A DNA stretch of 64,000 nt, from contig WELB01000030.1 in the NCBI GenBank assembly GCA_009602725.1, positions 342,835 through 406,834 on the forward strand. Reading direction: 5' to 3'. Position numbers and translations under genes: made by a program. The notes under the pieces were generated by a model. It made no database searches. It worked only from the letters and a program-made list of their open reading frames with translations, and had not been told where the DNA came from. This document shows, piece after piece, positions 40,688 to 53,719 of this stretch. The DNA is from Spirogloea muscicola (lineage: Eukaryota). The first letter of the stretch is position 1. Each line of letters starts with the position of its first letter.

Positions 40688-43108
40688 TCAGGGCGCCGCG
40701 GCGAGGAGCACGTTAATCTCGCCGATGATGTTGACGCGGCGGCCAGCATACTGCGCTGAGAGCGTGGCCTCAACCAGCTCCTTGTATTCCCGCGTTCGGC
40801 CCACTGCCGCTTCCTGTGGCAATGACAGTACGGCATGAGGGCGTGCTATTGCTTGGCTGGCGCGAGTTTGGCAGCAGGCCACTTAACTGGCAACTGAGGC
40901 GGTAGAGGCAAAGGCCGCCAGTGGAAGGGACTGACGAGCTTGGGCAACGTGGTGGCGAGGGCGCCGCGGAGCTCCAGGCGTTTGGCAGCAAGGTCGTGCG
41001 CGCCGCCTGCCAGCTTCGCCTGCACCTGCCGCTTCTGCTGCAGAGACTCGCAGAGCCGCTCGACGAAACTGCGAGGCAGACGGCCACCGGCAGGCGGCAG
41101 ACAAATGTTAAAATCTGGCATCTGTCTGCCACCCGACAGCAGTTCTCAGCAGCGCAGCCAATGGCGGCGCTTACCGGCGTGAAGTTGCGACCATGATGAG
41201 GTCATGTGTCGCTGGGCGCATGAGGAGCTCCACTGCTGCCACTACGGCAGCGTCCATGGCCGCCAGCGAGTCAGCGCCGTGCTGCTGCACGGCGGGCGGC
41301 GCTGCCGCCTGCAGCTGCCCCTGCAGTGCCACATGGTCGCTGCTCTCCATCTCCGCCAGCCGCTGCCGCAGGAATGCATGCAGCTGCCATGACCGATCGA
41401 AGTAAGTTAGCACCAACGCAGCAGTTGCCGCTATTGGCGGCTGGCAGCTGGTGCAGGCAGATTCTTACCTCAGAGAGGTCGTCGAGGAGACGGCCACGGC
41501 GCTCCGCCTCCATCAGGGGACCGCCGACGGCAACCGCCGCTTCGGCAACTGTCAACTCCCCCGGTACACTGCCATCTACACCCCAGTCAATGCCCGCCGG
41601 GCCACCTACGCCAATGCCCTCGTCTTCCCCGACATGTGCGATGTCGGTGTCCCAGCTGATGCTGGCCGGCACTTCTGTGGCGGCGTCAGTCTCTTCGCTA
41701 ATGTCCCACACAGGCTGCGGCGCAGCCTGCCCTGCACCTGTGCCATTGCCATCGTCGCCGTCGCCCTCGTCGCCACCTCTGCTGTCGTCAACGCATGCAT
41801 TCCAGTCAATCACGAGGGGCTCCGCAGAGCCCACCTCCTCAGTGTCACCTCCAGTTTCGTGGGCACCATTGTCCCACTGAATCTCCAGTGGGGCACTATC
41901 ACCAGAAACAACGACTTCTGCGCTGTCGCCGACGTCAGTCGTCAAGGTTGGGTCGCCATCATGCAGCAGTGTGGCACTGTGGTCACGAGGATCGTCGCCT
42001 GCCTCGGGAGCTGCTGCAGCAAGCCTTTCAGCAGCATCTGCAGTGCCGTCAACATGGCCGGCAAGCTCCTCCAGCGGGCGGTCCCGCAGCTCGCACAGCG
42101 TGGGCAGCACGCTTGGGGGCTCGTCCTGCTCACCAGGCGACCAAAGCTCACATTACTCCCCGGCACTTGAGAACCTTAGAAACAAGACTTAGAGTTACTG
42201 GAGGTGAGGGGCAGTTCAGTTACTGTGCGCAGGAAAAGTGTTTCATTTGAGCAGGGGTAAAGGTAAAAGTTGATGAGACTGGAGAAGAAGCGTGCATCCC
42301 TCCTCAACAAGAGGCAAAGTCTGGGCTTGCAGAGTCTCAGAGCAGGTATTTCAGCCAATACTCAAGCTTTAAGCTGAAGGTATTGGACACTAGGAACCAT
42401 GACAAGGGGCTCGAGGCTGGAGCTTCTGGGCTTAGGCTTGGCTTGTGAGGAGATGGACAGATCTTCAGAGGAAAAAGGGCCAGCCAAGTGACCTCTGGCC
42501 GCATGTGGGCATACTGCACGAACGCGCGGTAATAGGCCAGAGCCTCGCCGACGCGCTCGCCCTGCAGGGCCTCGCCAACCTGCCGAAAGACGTCTGGCAG
42601 GCGGCCGGCCAGCCCCAGAAGCTCGCTCCGCACGTCGCGCCCCTACCCGTGTGGCGCGCCAAGGATCTGCTGGCTAGTCAGCAGCGACAACATCTTCACA
42701 CGCGAATGTAAGTTGAGATGCTCAGTTTCTGCTACAAGCGCTCGCTCGGCTGAAGACTGACCTCGATGCCGAGCTGCTCGCAGGCCTGCTGGTACTTGAG
42801 TGCCGACGCGGCTGCATTGCGCTTGTACTCCGCCTCGCGGCGGTCCAAGTCGCCGAGCTGCTGCTGCACCTTGGCCGCCTGCTTCTTCAGGTAAGGGCTG
42901 CCACAATCGCGCAGAGAGGCAGCGGCGGCGCCCAGTGAGGAGCACGGCACACGGCAGGGACCTCATGGACGAGCGAGCACCACGGGGGCTGGCTGCCGCG
43001 AGCTCCGCCGTACATCTCGTAGTTGGTGTACTGGACGAGGATCTGCGCGGCCTCGCCGAGGAAGAGGCCGTCCTTCTCGTACGCGCGCTCCAGCGCCTCC
43101 CACTCGCC

Positions 43109-43140
<32 letters not shown>

Positions 43141-43327
43141 CACCGCCGCTGCAGCGTAAGGAGCGCCGTTGAGGGCAGAGCCGGCGGTGGCCAGGCGAGC
43201 AGCCATGGCCCTCACCGCGGCGCCGGAGAGGTGGCCGAAGAACGAGCGCGCCTCGGGCGCCGCCGCCGCCGCCAGGGCCTCGCGCACGCGGCGGGCCTCC
43301 AGGTAGCCCGTCGCTGCGGCGGCGCGC
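40688..43327 (-). CDS. C53: CDK5RAP3 / C53 (UFMylation and ER-phagy adaptor); 5' end in gap
   Basis: GYLEARRVREAL..RSFFGHLSG/EWEALERAYEKDGLFLGEAAQILVQYTNYEIPYLKKQ, acidic linker with IDW motifs, RGRLLDDLSE/LHAFLRQRLAEM, VEATLSAQYAGRRVNIIGEIN. Confidence 0.93.
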
Positions 43328-44212
43328 NNNNNNNNNNNNNNNNNNNNNNNNNNNNNNNNNNNNNNNNNNNNNNNNNNNNNNNNNNNNNNNNNNNNNNNNN
43401 NNNNNNNNNNNNNNNNNNNNNNNNNNNNNNNNNNNNNNNNNNNNNNNNNNNNNNNNNNNNNNNNNNNNNNNNNNNNNNNNNNNNNNNNNNNNNNNNNNNN
43501 NNNNNNNNNNNNNNNNNNNNNNNNNNNNNNNNNNNNNNNNNNNNNNNNNNNNNNNNNNNNNNNNNNNNNNNNNNNNNNNNNNNNNNNNNNNNNNNNNNNN
43601 NNNNNNNNNNNNNNNNNNNNNNNNNNNNNNNNNNNNNNNNNNNNNNNNNNNNNNNNNNNNNNNNNNNNNNNNNNNNNNNNNNNNNNNNNNNNNNNNNNNN
43701 NNNNNNNNNNNNNNNNNNNNNNNNNNNNNNNNNNNNNNNNNNNNNNNNNNNNNNNNNNNNNNNNNNNNNNNNNNNNNNNNNNNNNNNNNNNNNNNNNNNN
43801 NNNNNNNNNNNNNNNNNNNNNNNNNNNNNNNNNNNNNNNNNNNNNNNNNNNNNNNNNNNNNNNNNNNNNNNNNNNNNNNNNNNNNNNNNNNNNNNNNNNN
43901 NNNNNNNNNNNNNNNNNNNNNNNNNNNNNNNNNNNNNNNNNNNNNNNNNNNNNNNNNNNNNNNNNNNNNNNNNNNNNNNNNNNNNNNNNNNNNNNNNNNN
44001 NNNNNNNNNNNNNNNNNNNNNNNNNNNNNNNNNNNNNNNNNNNNNNNNNNNNNNNNNNNNNNNNNNNNNNNNNNNNNNNNNNNNNNNNNNNNNNNNNNNN
44101 NNNNNNNNNNNNNNNNNNNNNNNNNNNNNNNNNNNNNNNNNNNNNNNNNNNNNNNNNNNNNNNNNNNNNNNNNNNNNNNNNNNNNNNNNNNNNNNNNNNN
44201 NNNNNNNNNNNN

Positions 44213-46204
44213 CGCGCCCCCCGCCACCGCCGCCGCCTCCTGCGCCGGCGGCGTACTACTCCGGGCCCCCTCCGCCGCACCTGGCGGCGGCGGCGCCGTT
44301 CCCGGCGCCATCGACGGCGGCGCCGTCGGCTCCGTACGCCGGTCCCTATGCGGCGCCGTACCCGCCACAGTTCCCTGCGCACATGGCCCGCGGCGGTGCC
44401 GCGGCCGCGGACCTCTACAACCCGCAGCACAAGGTACCTCCCACTAACTGTATCTTATCCCACCGTCAAGCTCAAGTCACTGGCCGTTAGAGGTTGTAGT
44501 ATCGTGTCCTGAGCTCTAGCCTTAAGCCTTAGATGGGGTTTAGCCCCACTTGCCAATGAAACACCTGGCCGCTCGTGGGATATGGCTGACGTTCAAAGGC
44601 GTGTCTTGGGAACGGGGCGACCGAGAGCAGCAAGCGGCGGCGCTGTTCCAGAAGGACGCGCTGGCCATCACGCCCGAGGCGCTGGAGAGCGTCAAGAAGG
44701 CGCTGGCGAGCGGCGACGGCGGGGGGCCCCGTGGCGACGTCAAGCGCAAGGCCCTCCCGCGCAAGGCCGCCGGCCAGTCCTGGGAGGACCCCACGCTCGC
44801 CGACTGGCCCGAGAGTAATCTCCCCCACCACCCTCCTTGTCCATCTCCTCCAGGCCTCAGGCACAAGGCTCGCCTGTGCTGAGCCTCATCCAGTGCCCGT
44901 CAGCAACTAGAAAGGCCGCAATGGAGACCGGTTTCCGACAGAGGATTAGTCTGCGCAGGGCTTTACCGTTCAGTTTTGATGATATATGCCCGGCCTGACT
45001 TTGCTCAGCCTACATGGAATGTCGCTTCCTTTTGGGCCAAGTCCCACCACTGTCTGCCATGCAGCACTGAAGCTCAAACACCACTGGCTCCTCTGTGGCG
45101 AACGCAGACGACCACCGGCTCTTCTGCGGAGACCTGGGGAACGAGGTCAACGACGAGGTTCTGACCAAGGCGTTCGCCAAGTTTGCCACCTTCAACATGG
45201 CGAGGGTGAGCGCAGCGACCACGCAACCCCTTCCCTCCACCACCCTTCCTGACGTTTTCCATTCATTGTGGCGCACTTCCCAGCTGCTGTGTGCGTTGAG
45301 CCACCTGTTGGATCCTGAAGCACGCATCATGCTCCTGGCGGCGACGGCAGGTAGTGCGGGACAAGCGCACGGGCAAGACCCGGGGCTACGGCTTTGCGAG
45401 CTTTTCAAGCCCCGTTGACCTTGCCGACGCCCTCAAAGAGATGAATGGTGGGTAGCCTGCCCCTGCTCTCCTGCAAGATGGGCTCACAAAGTTGCATATG
45501 AGACACGCATTTCTCGCAGACTTACCAATACTCACTTGTGGATGGCATGCACGCTGGCATCTCTTGGGCGTGCTGGCAACATCACAGGCAAGTATGTAGG
45601 CAACCGCCCAATCAAGCTCAGGAAGAGCACATGGCAGGAGAGGAATGACCAGGAAGCCCTTCAGCGGCAGCTCAAGGTGCGGGCCTATGTCCACTCAATT
45701 GATGTATGCGTTGCATGCAGACTTCTTGATCATCCAGGCCAATTGCAAAAGGCTTGGTGCCAGAATCTTGCCATCAGTGCAGCACACTCACTGGCATGCC
45801 ACTTTGCATTGAACACATTGCATGCTGTAGACACATCTTTTACGTCATTGATGACATACATATGCGTATGCAAGTTAGCATCTCTGTCATGTGAGAGTTT
45901 TATGAGAGCTCGCTTCAGGGCTTCCGTCTTCCTCTCATTTACGCTTAACAGGATCTGAAGAGCTCAGTACCAATCACTCAGGAATTTCTGTCAGCGCTTA
46001 CTTCGTCTGATGACCAGCACATGGCAAAAGAGAGTCTGATCGTTTTCAGTCTCCTGTTCAGGACCTTAACAAATGGGAATTTCCGCTGAGGTCCTGTTTT
46101 GCTTTCGCTGGTTTGCGTCTCTAATAGGCTTCCATCTGACTTGAGTTGCTTCGCAGAAAGCTAAGCGATTAAAAGGGAAACAGAAGCAGATTCTGCACAG
46201 CTGA
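44213..46204 (+). CDS. RBM42: RBM42-like RRM splicing factor; 5' end in gap
   Basis: RKAAGQSWEDPTLADWPENDHRLFCGDLGNEVNDEVL..VVRDKRTGKTRGYGF..EMNGKYVGNRPIKLRKSTW. Probable last exon KAKRLKGKQKQILHS* at 46157-46204. Confidence 0.92.
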
Positions 46205-47165
46205 GGGCACGTGGCGGCGTGCTCGTTGGGCTCTGCGCAGGCTTCACACCATGCTGACGCTCTGCACTTCATGACGTGCGTTATAGCATCTTCCTTCCTT
46301 GGGCATTGGCTGAGGTCTTATTTGCTTGCGTAGTGATTGTTGTGACATAAAGTGACGCTGTTATGCATCATGCCTTGCACAGTTGGCGACATGCGAGGAG
46401 AGGTGCAATCAAGCAGCAGTCACAGCTTATGCCCCCTAACATGTAGATCAGATCATTTTTCATGGTGCATAATCACAATGTACAATGTTCTCTTTACCTG
46501 GCAACCTATCACTGTTATTCCTTAGATCAGGTGACAACCCTAGGCAACAGCTTTTATGTCTTTAAGATTCTCCTTTTACCACCATCTCTCCACCAGCTAC
46601 AGCACATTTGCAAGTGAAATTTTCAGGTAACAGCTTCATACTGCTGTTTAGTATGTACATTGCCGTACGAATTTGGATGCTGCGTGCTGGGGCGTTTCGA
46701 CTTTGCTTGATACTGTAGCGTGCAAGCCCTGACAACATTACTATGAAACAGCATGGCTAAGTGACCCATACTAACCAGGTGTTAAGGGGCCACCTAGGTT
46801 AGGTTGGGCTTTGTCTGCGGGGTACCCTCTGGTGCGCTAGCCCTTTGTTCCTGAGAATGCTGGAAAAGCAGTAGCACGGATAGTTACAGGACTGATAGAT
46901 TTTACACTGTCAGACATGAGCAGCATATGGACGAATGGTTAGGAAGGATTGATGCATTATGAGCACAGCATGGCGCAAAACAGCACCAAGTTGGAAGATC
47001 AACCGTATTAACTTCAAGGCACAGTGCATTTAGTGCTTAAGCAATGGGGTACGGACTGCACTTCAAGGACATCATGGTACACAGTGTCATGTGGCTATCA
47101 ATGTGTAAGTACCTGGCTATTGAGGTCTCAAACAGTACCCTTGCTGTGTGTATTCAACTAGCTTT

Positions 47166-49537
47166 TCAATCGCTGTTGACCTTGTCTAGTTTGTCTACCA
47201 GGTGTGGGCTACTAAGATTTGCCTCGTCTACAAGCACATGGTTCTCCCCTCTCGCTGCAAGCAGCCATGTTTGCAGCGGAGCTTGCCTGCGCAGTTCACT
47301 TGCCATGCTTCATCAGGAAGACAAAGCCCAGAAACTTGCATGGAAACAAGCGTGAACTACAGGTTGAGTACACAACACTTGGGTGGTCTTTCTGAGAAAG
47401 GAAGACCCTGCTAATGCGACTATTTCCAGTGTGCCATCACAACAAAGTCTACTGAACTCGAGATAACTAGCACGAAATGTCTCTGGTGTCATTTAGCTGC
47501 ATCTCCTTTGTGCTAAGTTCAGAACATGAGTGGCGCATCCGCAACAAAGCTGCAAGGTGCATCTACTAATTACCTGTCTGTCACAGGAGCTCTTTGTGCA
47601 AGCATGTACAACACACACACAGGAACCAGGGCTGCCAGGAGGTGTTTCAAAGTGTGCCCGCTAATCAAAAAGTGCGTGAGCCTGTATATCTTGCGATCGA
47701 AGAGCTCTGCTAGCTTCGCCAGGACGTACCAACCTGCACATTGCGAGGAGCAAAAGACTGGTCAAAGTTGCCTTAATAGGCTGGCAGTGCACCCCCTATG
47801 AGTGACTGACAGCAGAGGAGACGACCCCTCCTACACACCTGCAGAAATCAGCATAGCAAGCTGCAACGGCAAGTCACACGAGCTTCACAAGCTGCAGCTA
47901 CCCAGGCCGCAGCTGGCTGCAGGAGTGGCCATCTCATCACAAAAGTACAGGAGCAAGAAAGTACTGCTACTGGTAAGTGGGAGTCACCAGCTGCCCACAG
48001 CCAGAAAACGGAGTGGGAGTACTTGTGAGGCAGACACAGGATAAGAGTGGGAACAGACACAACGGGCACAAACTGCACCAGGAGATATGGCCTGAGGTCA
48101 TCAGTCAGCCTGCAGGGAGCATGGGAAGCGAGGCTCAGCCAATTGCCGCAACCCAGTTGCACAGGCGTTTTGGTAGAAGGAAAAGTCCTGCACTGACAAG
48201 GCGATGAGCAAAACCTACTCTGAGGGCAGAATTGATTGACCTGAAGCATTATTCTTATCAGGATAGGCAAGCACCTCCAGTAGAGCACTGACAATGCTCC
48301 AAAACCAACCAGCGGCAAGAGGCTCATAGTCCCATGGTGCTCATGAACACGCTCTATGATGCAAATAGCTATCACAGACGTGAATGCAGTTGTCATCTGC
48401 AGGGTAAATGCAGGCAAAGAGTTCAATGGGTGAATAAACTTGTCAGAGATGCACTGGTGTTGCCAATTCACTTGTTTCAGAGAAGTCACACGGAGTTGCT
48501 CTGCTATCACTATATGCACAAGTTGTGCTCTCGCTTACCTACTTTGAGACTGCACAAGCATGCAAGGGTCAACAAGCTTAAAGTTGTACTTACAGGGAGA
48601 CGATCCCAAACCAGTCGAGCATCGTTCGGATGGAGATGGTAGTAGGTAGAGCCGAAAGCAACGGCCAAGATGCCGATGAAGAACGTGAACCAGGACCACC
48701 TCTCTCCTTTTGAGCTGGAAGAGGCATCATGGGAGTGATTTCGTAAGCAACATGTCTTCTTATTGAAGTGGAAGCTAAAAGGACTATCTATGAAGGTGCG
48801 GGCTGCTTGTGAGCACAGCAGTCGGACCAACACAGAGAAACGCCTTAAAGGTGAGCTCTGGACCACAACTTTCACACCAGCTCCCGATGTCGTTCTCTCT
48901 TGACTACACGCTGACACCACAGACCGTGAACAACCCACAACACGAAAGCCACTCTAGCGCCTGCCTGCGAGACAGGTGAGCGTCTGCAGTGAGGCCCCTA
49001 GCCGGCGCTGCTGCGCTCTGGAGGCTCAGTGTCCTGGCCTGAGCCCGACAGCAACTGGGGTCATCTTCGGCTATCAGGCCACGAGTGCCTGCACGTGCAC
49101 GATGGTAGGGAGAATGGTGCGGCCTCACGGACCTGATGGTCAGCGAGCCGCCAGTGGAGCAGAGGGCGGCGCCGATGGAGCCGACCACCAGGAAGGGGAG
49201 GTTGGACAGCACGTTCAGCGTGTTGGGGATGTCTGCAGAAGAAGGAAAAGGCCGCGCCGCACAGCGCAGTCAGTGGGTCGCGGCTAAGAGCGCCCAAAAG
49301 AGTGGGAGCTGAGCCAGTGAGCCAGGCATCCTTTCAAGGGTTTAAGAATTCTAGGGTTTAAGGAGTTCTTAGTGTGAAGGTTTGGCTTAGGGTTTGGAGG
49401 AGCGCGGACAGGGGACGAGCGTGCGGCGGTCGGCGAAGGTGTGGTACGACTGTGGCTGGCGCACGCGCGGCGTGACGGCCAGCAGCGCCGCCAGCCCCAG
49501 CACCGCCGCCGCCGTCGCCGCCGCCACCGCCGTCGCG
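47166..49537 (-). CDS. Alkaline ceramidase (CREST) superfamily membrane protein; start obscured by the n join at 49538
   Basis: QPQSYHTFADRR..IPNTLNVLSNLPF, GSTYYHLHPNDARLVWDRLPMT, DDLRPYLLVQF, SGHTLKHLLAA, containing the SxxxH and HxxxH metal-binding motifs. Confidence 0.85.
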
Positions 49538-49616
49538 CNCGGGGCCTCGGCTGTGGCAGAACAATCTGCACTTGCGCAGTACCTAGGGCAGTCCCCGTCG
49601 CCCGCATCTGGCGGCG

Positions 49617-49654
<38 letters not shown>

Positions 49655-49711
49655 AGAGGCGGCGGCGGAGGAGGCGGCGGTGCTGGCCTGGCTGGCAGGG
49701 CTGCGACCGCC

Positions 49712-52700
49712 ATGTTCCGGCCGAAGTTCCGGGGCGCGCAGTGGTGCGTCGGCGTGGCGGCAATGCATCGACCCCCCGCCCTCTCGGCGGCAGCAGGGCC
49801 GTGGCTTCGCGATTTGCAGATCGATTATATTTACAGCCCGACGGCGGTCCCGCGTGTGCAGCAAGACGCTGATGAAGCTCGCCGTGTCGCGCATCAACCT
49901 GCTGCGCAACAAGCGGGAGCTGAGGCTCCAGCAGATGCGCCAGGAGATCGCCAAGCTCCTCCGCTCCGGCCGAGAGCCGAGCGCCCGCATCAGGGTAATC
50001 GGCAATCACAAGAGGCTATGGACTCACTCATCTCTGCTGCAAATTCCGGCGGCTGGCGCCGCTGACAGGCGTTATCACTTCTCACATCATCATTCTTTCG
50101 CTTCGTGTTCGTTCTGTAATATCTTGGCACAATAAGTGTACCTCATTTGGGATGCCTTTAGAGTTACTGCACCCTTGGATGTGCCGCTTTCTGCTCTACT
50201 TCTTGAGACTTCTCAAGCTTCGCCGCTCGCAGGTCGAGCACATCATCAGGGAGCAGAACATAGTGGCAGCATACGACATTCTCGAGCTCTTCTGCGAGCG
50301 CATTGTCGTCCGGTTGCCCATCATCGAGTCGCAGAGGTAGGCTACCGGAAAAGCTGGCGCCTGGACTCCATGTCAGATGGGCTCGGCCACGTTATAATCT
50401 GGTTAAGAACCAAGACGAGCTGCGTTCAAGATAACTCAGTATAGTGGCAATGAAGGCTTGGGCTAAGACTTGTGCTGCTGGTTGACAAGTGGTCTTCAAC
50501 CGGCCTGTCTTCTGTTGGAGTCCCTGTATTGCTCTCCATCATGCCTAACGGAACCTATGTGGCGCTTTGCTACTTCGGAGAGTTAGTGTAAGGAGCTGCT
50601 GATCCTGACTAGCATCCGCCGGTGGCAGGGAGTGTCCCGTGGACCTTGTGGAGGCAGTGTCCAGCCTTGTGTATGCAGCACCACAATCTGGGGACATACC
50701 CGAGCTGCTTCAAGCCCAGCTCTTGTTCCAAGCAAAGTATGGGAAGGAGTTTGTAGCCTCCGCTGTGGAGCTCCGGCCTGGCTGTGGTGTCAACAGGCGG
50801 GTACGTGACTGCCAACCTGCACAAGTGACTCTGAGACTTACATCTTTCTCTTGCTCCACTGACACAGGTTCCCAACTAGGGACGCCCTTTTGGATGCACT
50901 TACTGGCAAACGCTGTCTAGTCCTGCACTAGACAGCGGTTGCACCGCATGCTACTGTGAGAATTATAGGCCCTATGCTGACCTGATAAGAGGAGGTATGC
51001 AGATTATTGAGAAGCTGTCCATCAAAGCTCCTGCTGGCCAAGAGAAGCAGAAACTCTTGCAGGAGATAGCAAGTGAACATGGCATTGAATGGGAGAACAG
51101 TCCTGCTGAGGAGGAGCACCTTCAAGCTGAGGACCTGCTTGTGTGCACCAACTCATACCAAAGCCTGGCTAAGGGTCCTACTGAAGACCTCATTCGTGTT
51201 CTGGCAGTGCTGTATCTGTGTTTCACAAAGCCATTAGCCTCTACCAACATAATGGTAGTATTATGTAGGAATGCAAGATAACAGTATGTAGGAATAGTAT
51301 GCAGGAAAACCTCCAGAATCGTAGCTTCTACATAAAGAAGCTTGAGACGTCATATCTCTTTCCCTCTTATGTGCAGGTTGTGTCGCACTTGATAGGGCAG
51401 CACGAACTCCCCTTGACAGTCAACCCCGATGACTTACCAATTGGGCAGCAACAGGCTAGCGCGCCAGCTACATCGCAGTCCCAAATGGTGCACTACATGT
51501 GTGTGTCATCCACCACACTGTGCGACGACTCAGATATGCGCAAAGGTGGCCAGCAGCAGTTCATCCCCTTCGTCTTCCCCTTAACTCAGGCAGTACCTGT
51601 GGACGCTCAGCTGTCATACGGCGCAGTGCCTCCATTACCGGCTGGAATGTTGTACAGCCCACTACTTGGCAAGCCTCCAGCAGGCTCGCCCAGCCAGGAG
51701 GGTGCAGGCGTTCCTCTGCGGATCTCAAAGGATACATCTAGTTGGCGGCCAGGAGGCAAGACGCCACCATTGCCCAAGCTGAGGAGGTCTAAGATCCACA
51801 ACACCGCACCATCTGACCCACTTGCTACTGAAGCCGACGTTGAAGGTTTAGCGCAGGCAGCAGCAGAGCGAGCAGAGAAAGCAGTAGAGGCAGCGCGTGC
51901 TGCAACCTACTTGGCCACGTCCTACTCGAGTGACGACTTCATCCCTCCAAGAAGGCACAGCAGAGAGCAAGTGCCTGGGTATGACACACATCCAATTGCA
52001 GAGTATCGGCTGCCGGACCTCAGGAGTTGCCCCCCATCAAGTACGACCATACCAAGGGTGCTGGAGGAGGCTCTTGACGCCTTTACACCTTCGACACGCC
52101 ATTATGATATCAATATCCATTTCTCTGACTCAGCATCTGGCAGCACTAGCACAACACATGCTCAGCACAACAATGGCTTGCTTAGACGTCGCAGCCAACA
52201 AGTCCATCCAAGTACTTGGGGGACACGGAGAACAGGCCAAGATGGCAGCAGGAGCTCTGACACAGACCATTTTCGCGTGGAATCGGACCTGTCCTTTGAT
52301 CTTAAGCAGTCTCTGGGTGCGCATCATACTATCCTTCCAAGGAAACCCAGGTTGAGAGGAGATCCACTAAATCTTGAACAAAGCCCTCCACAGCCTCAAC
52401 AATCCAGCAGTAGCCCTCTGCCTTCGAATGGACACTCTTCCTCAAGGACAACAAGCAATATGAGCTCGTTTGGTAAGTCCGCTAGCAAACTTTCTTAATG
52501 CGCTTGCATATATGATCCACAGCTCATTTTCTTTCCTCTACATCCTGTCCTATTCCTTCATAAGAGGTGGAATACAGCAACTCCTTCAAAATAGACTGTG
52601 ATACTATTAATTTGCTCTGGCGTCTCAGGAAGCGATCTGGCAGAGGCAAGCCAGTACCTCCAAGCACAGGAGCATCAGCCCTCACGGCAGCCAACCATGT

Positions 52701-53104
52701 GGGAAGCAGCACCTTCCAGCACATACCAGGCACCTTCTGCTGTCGATAGCAGCTGGAGAACAATACACAGCAGAGTGGGCTCAAGGTCTCGAGAACCTGC
52801 TCGTCTGGACAGACATGCCACAGGGGATGCAGCGAATGGACTGTTGCAAGACATTGACAGCGGGCACAGAAATGCTGATGGCCAATCACATGCTTCTCCT
52901 TCCACCTATGATTATTCTGCGCAACACCAGAGACTTGCAGATGGACCCAAGCCACCCTCGAGCTTGGGTCAGCAGCAGCTTTCTGTGACGTCCATAGCAA
53001 ACATCAAGGACAACAACTTCACTATGGAGTTGTCTCCTTTGACTGACCTCGAGATTGACGACTTGACAAAGCGACTAGAGGCTCTCAAGAACCACCATAG
53101 GTGA
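49712..53104 (+). CDS. IST1: IST1-like ESCRT-III associated regulator of Vps4
   Basis: CKTLMKLAVSRINLLRNKRE..SARIRVEHIIREQN..YDILELFCE..EAVSSLVYAAP..DIPELL..KYGKEF, then a long low-complexity region and a C-terminal MIM1-like DDLTKRLEALK. Confidence 0.92.
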
Positions 53105-53719
53105 CGACATTATCTGGAGTACTCTTTCACATCTAAGCTTACTGGTACTATAAGTCCGGATTGGTCATACCACCCGGCTTATGCTTGCCCAGCCACATGC
53201 ATCTCCTTCAGCTGAGAGGTATAACAGCAAAAACATCCAAAGGCACCCTGCTTAACACTAATCTGACTTGTGGTTGATGAATAATTGTCAAATTAATAAA
53301 TACTAGTCAAAATGAAGCAAAATTTATTTTGACTGCAGAATTTAGCATGAAGACATTACTGTGCCATCACCCAAAGCGACATGCTGATCATACACATAGC
53401 AATCCTTCTTGCGTTCTCTTAAGGTATGAGGAAGGTAAACGAGACACGCACGGCGAGTGCTGCACTGAGAGAACAACGTTACAACTCGCAGAAAGGAACT
53501 AGTCCAAGGCCCCTGGAAACAGGCCAACCTATAGGTGGTGCTTATACGATGTCAACATGGCCTGCACCAACACGGCGGAAGGGACAGCATGCACAAGGGC
53601 TGCACGGACACCGTAGGGAAGGGCTATCCTGTCATGTGTGCAGGCGTGCCTACCTGGCAGCATGCAGCTGTCAACTGCCACCACCTTAAGTCAGCAAGCA
53701 GCTGTCGGCTGCCACCACC

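Noticed and set aside
40144..52337. Other TATCCTT matches (40144, 51728 on the minus strand, 52330) as possible U12 donors
   Set aside because: They lie on the wrong strand for the local gene or inside an exon, with no matching branch site.
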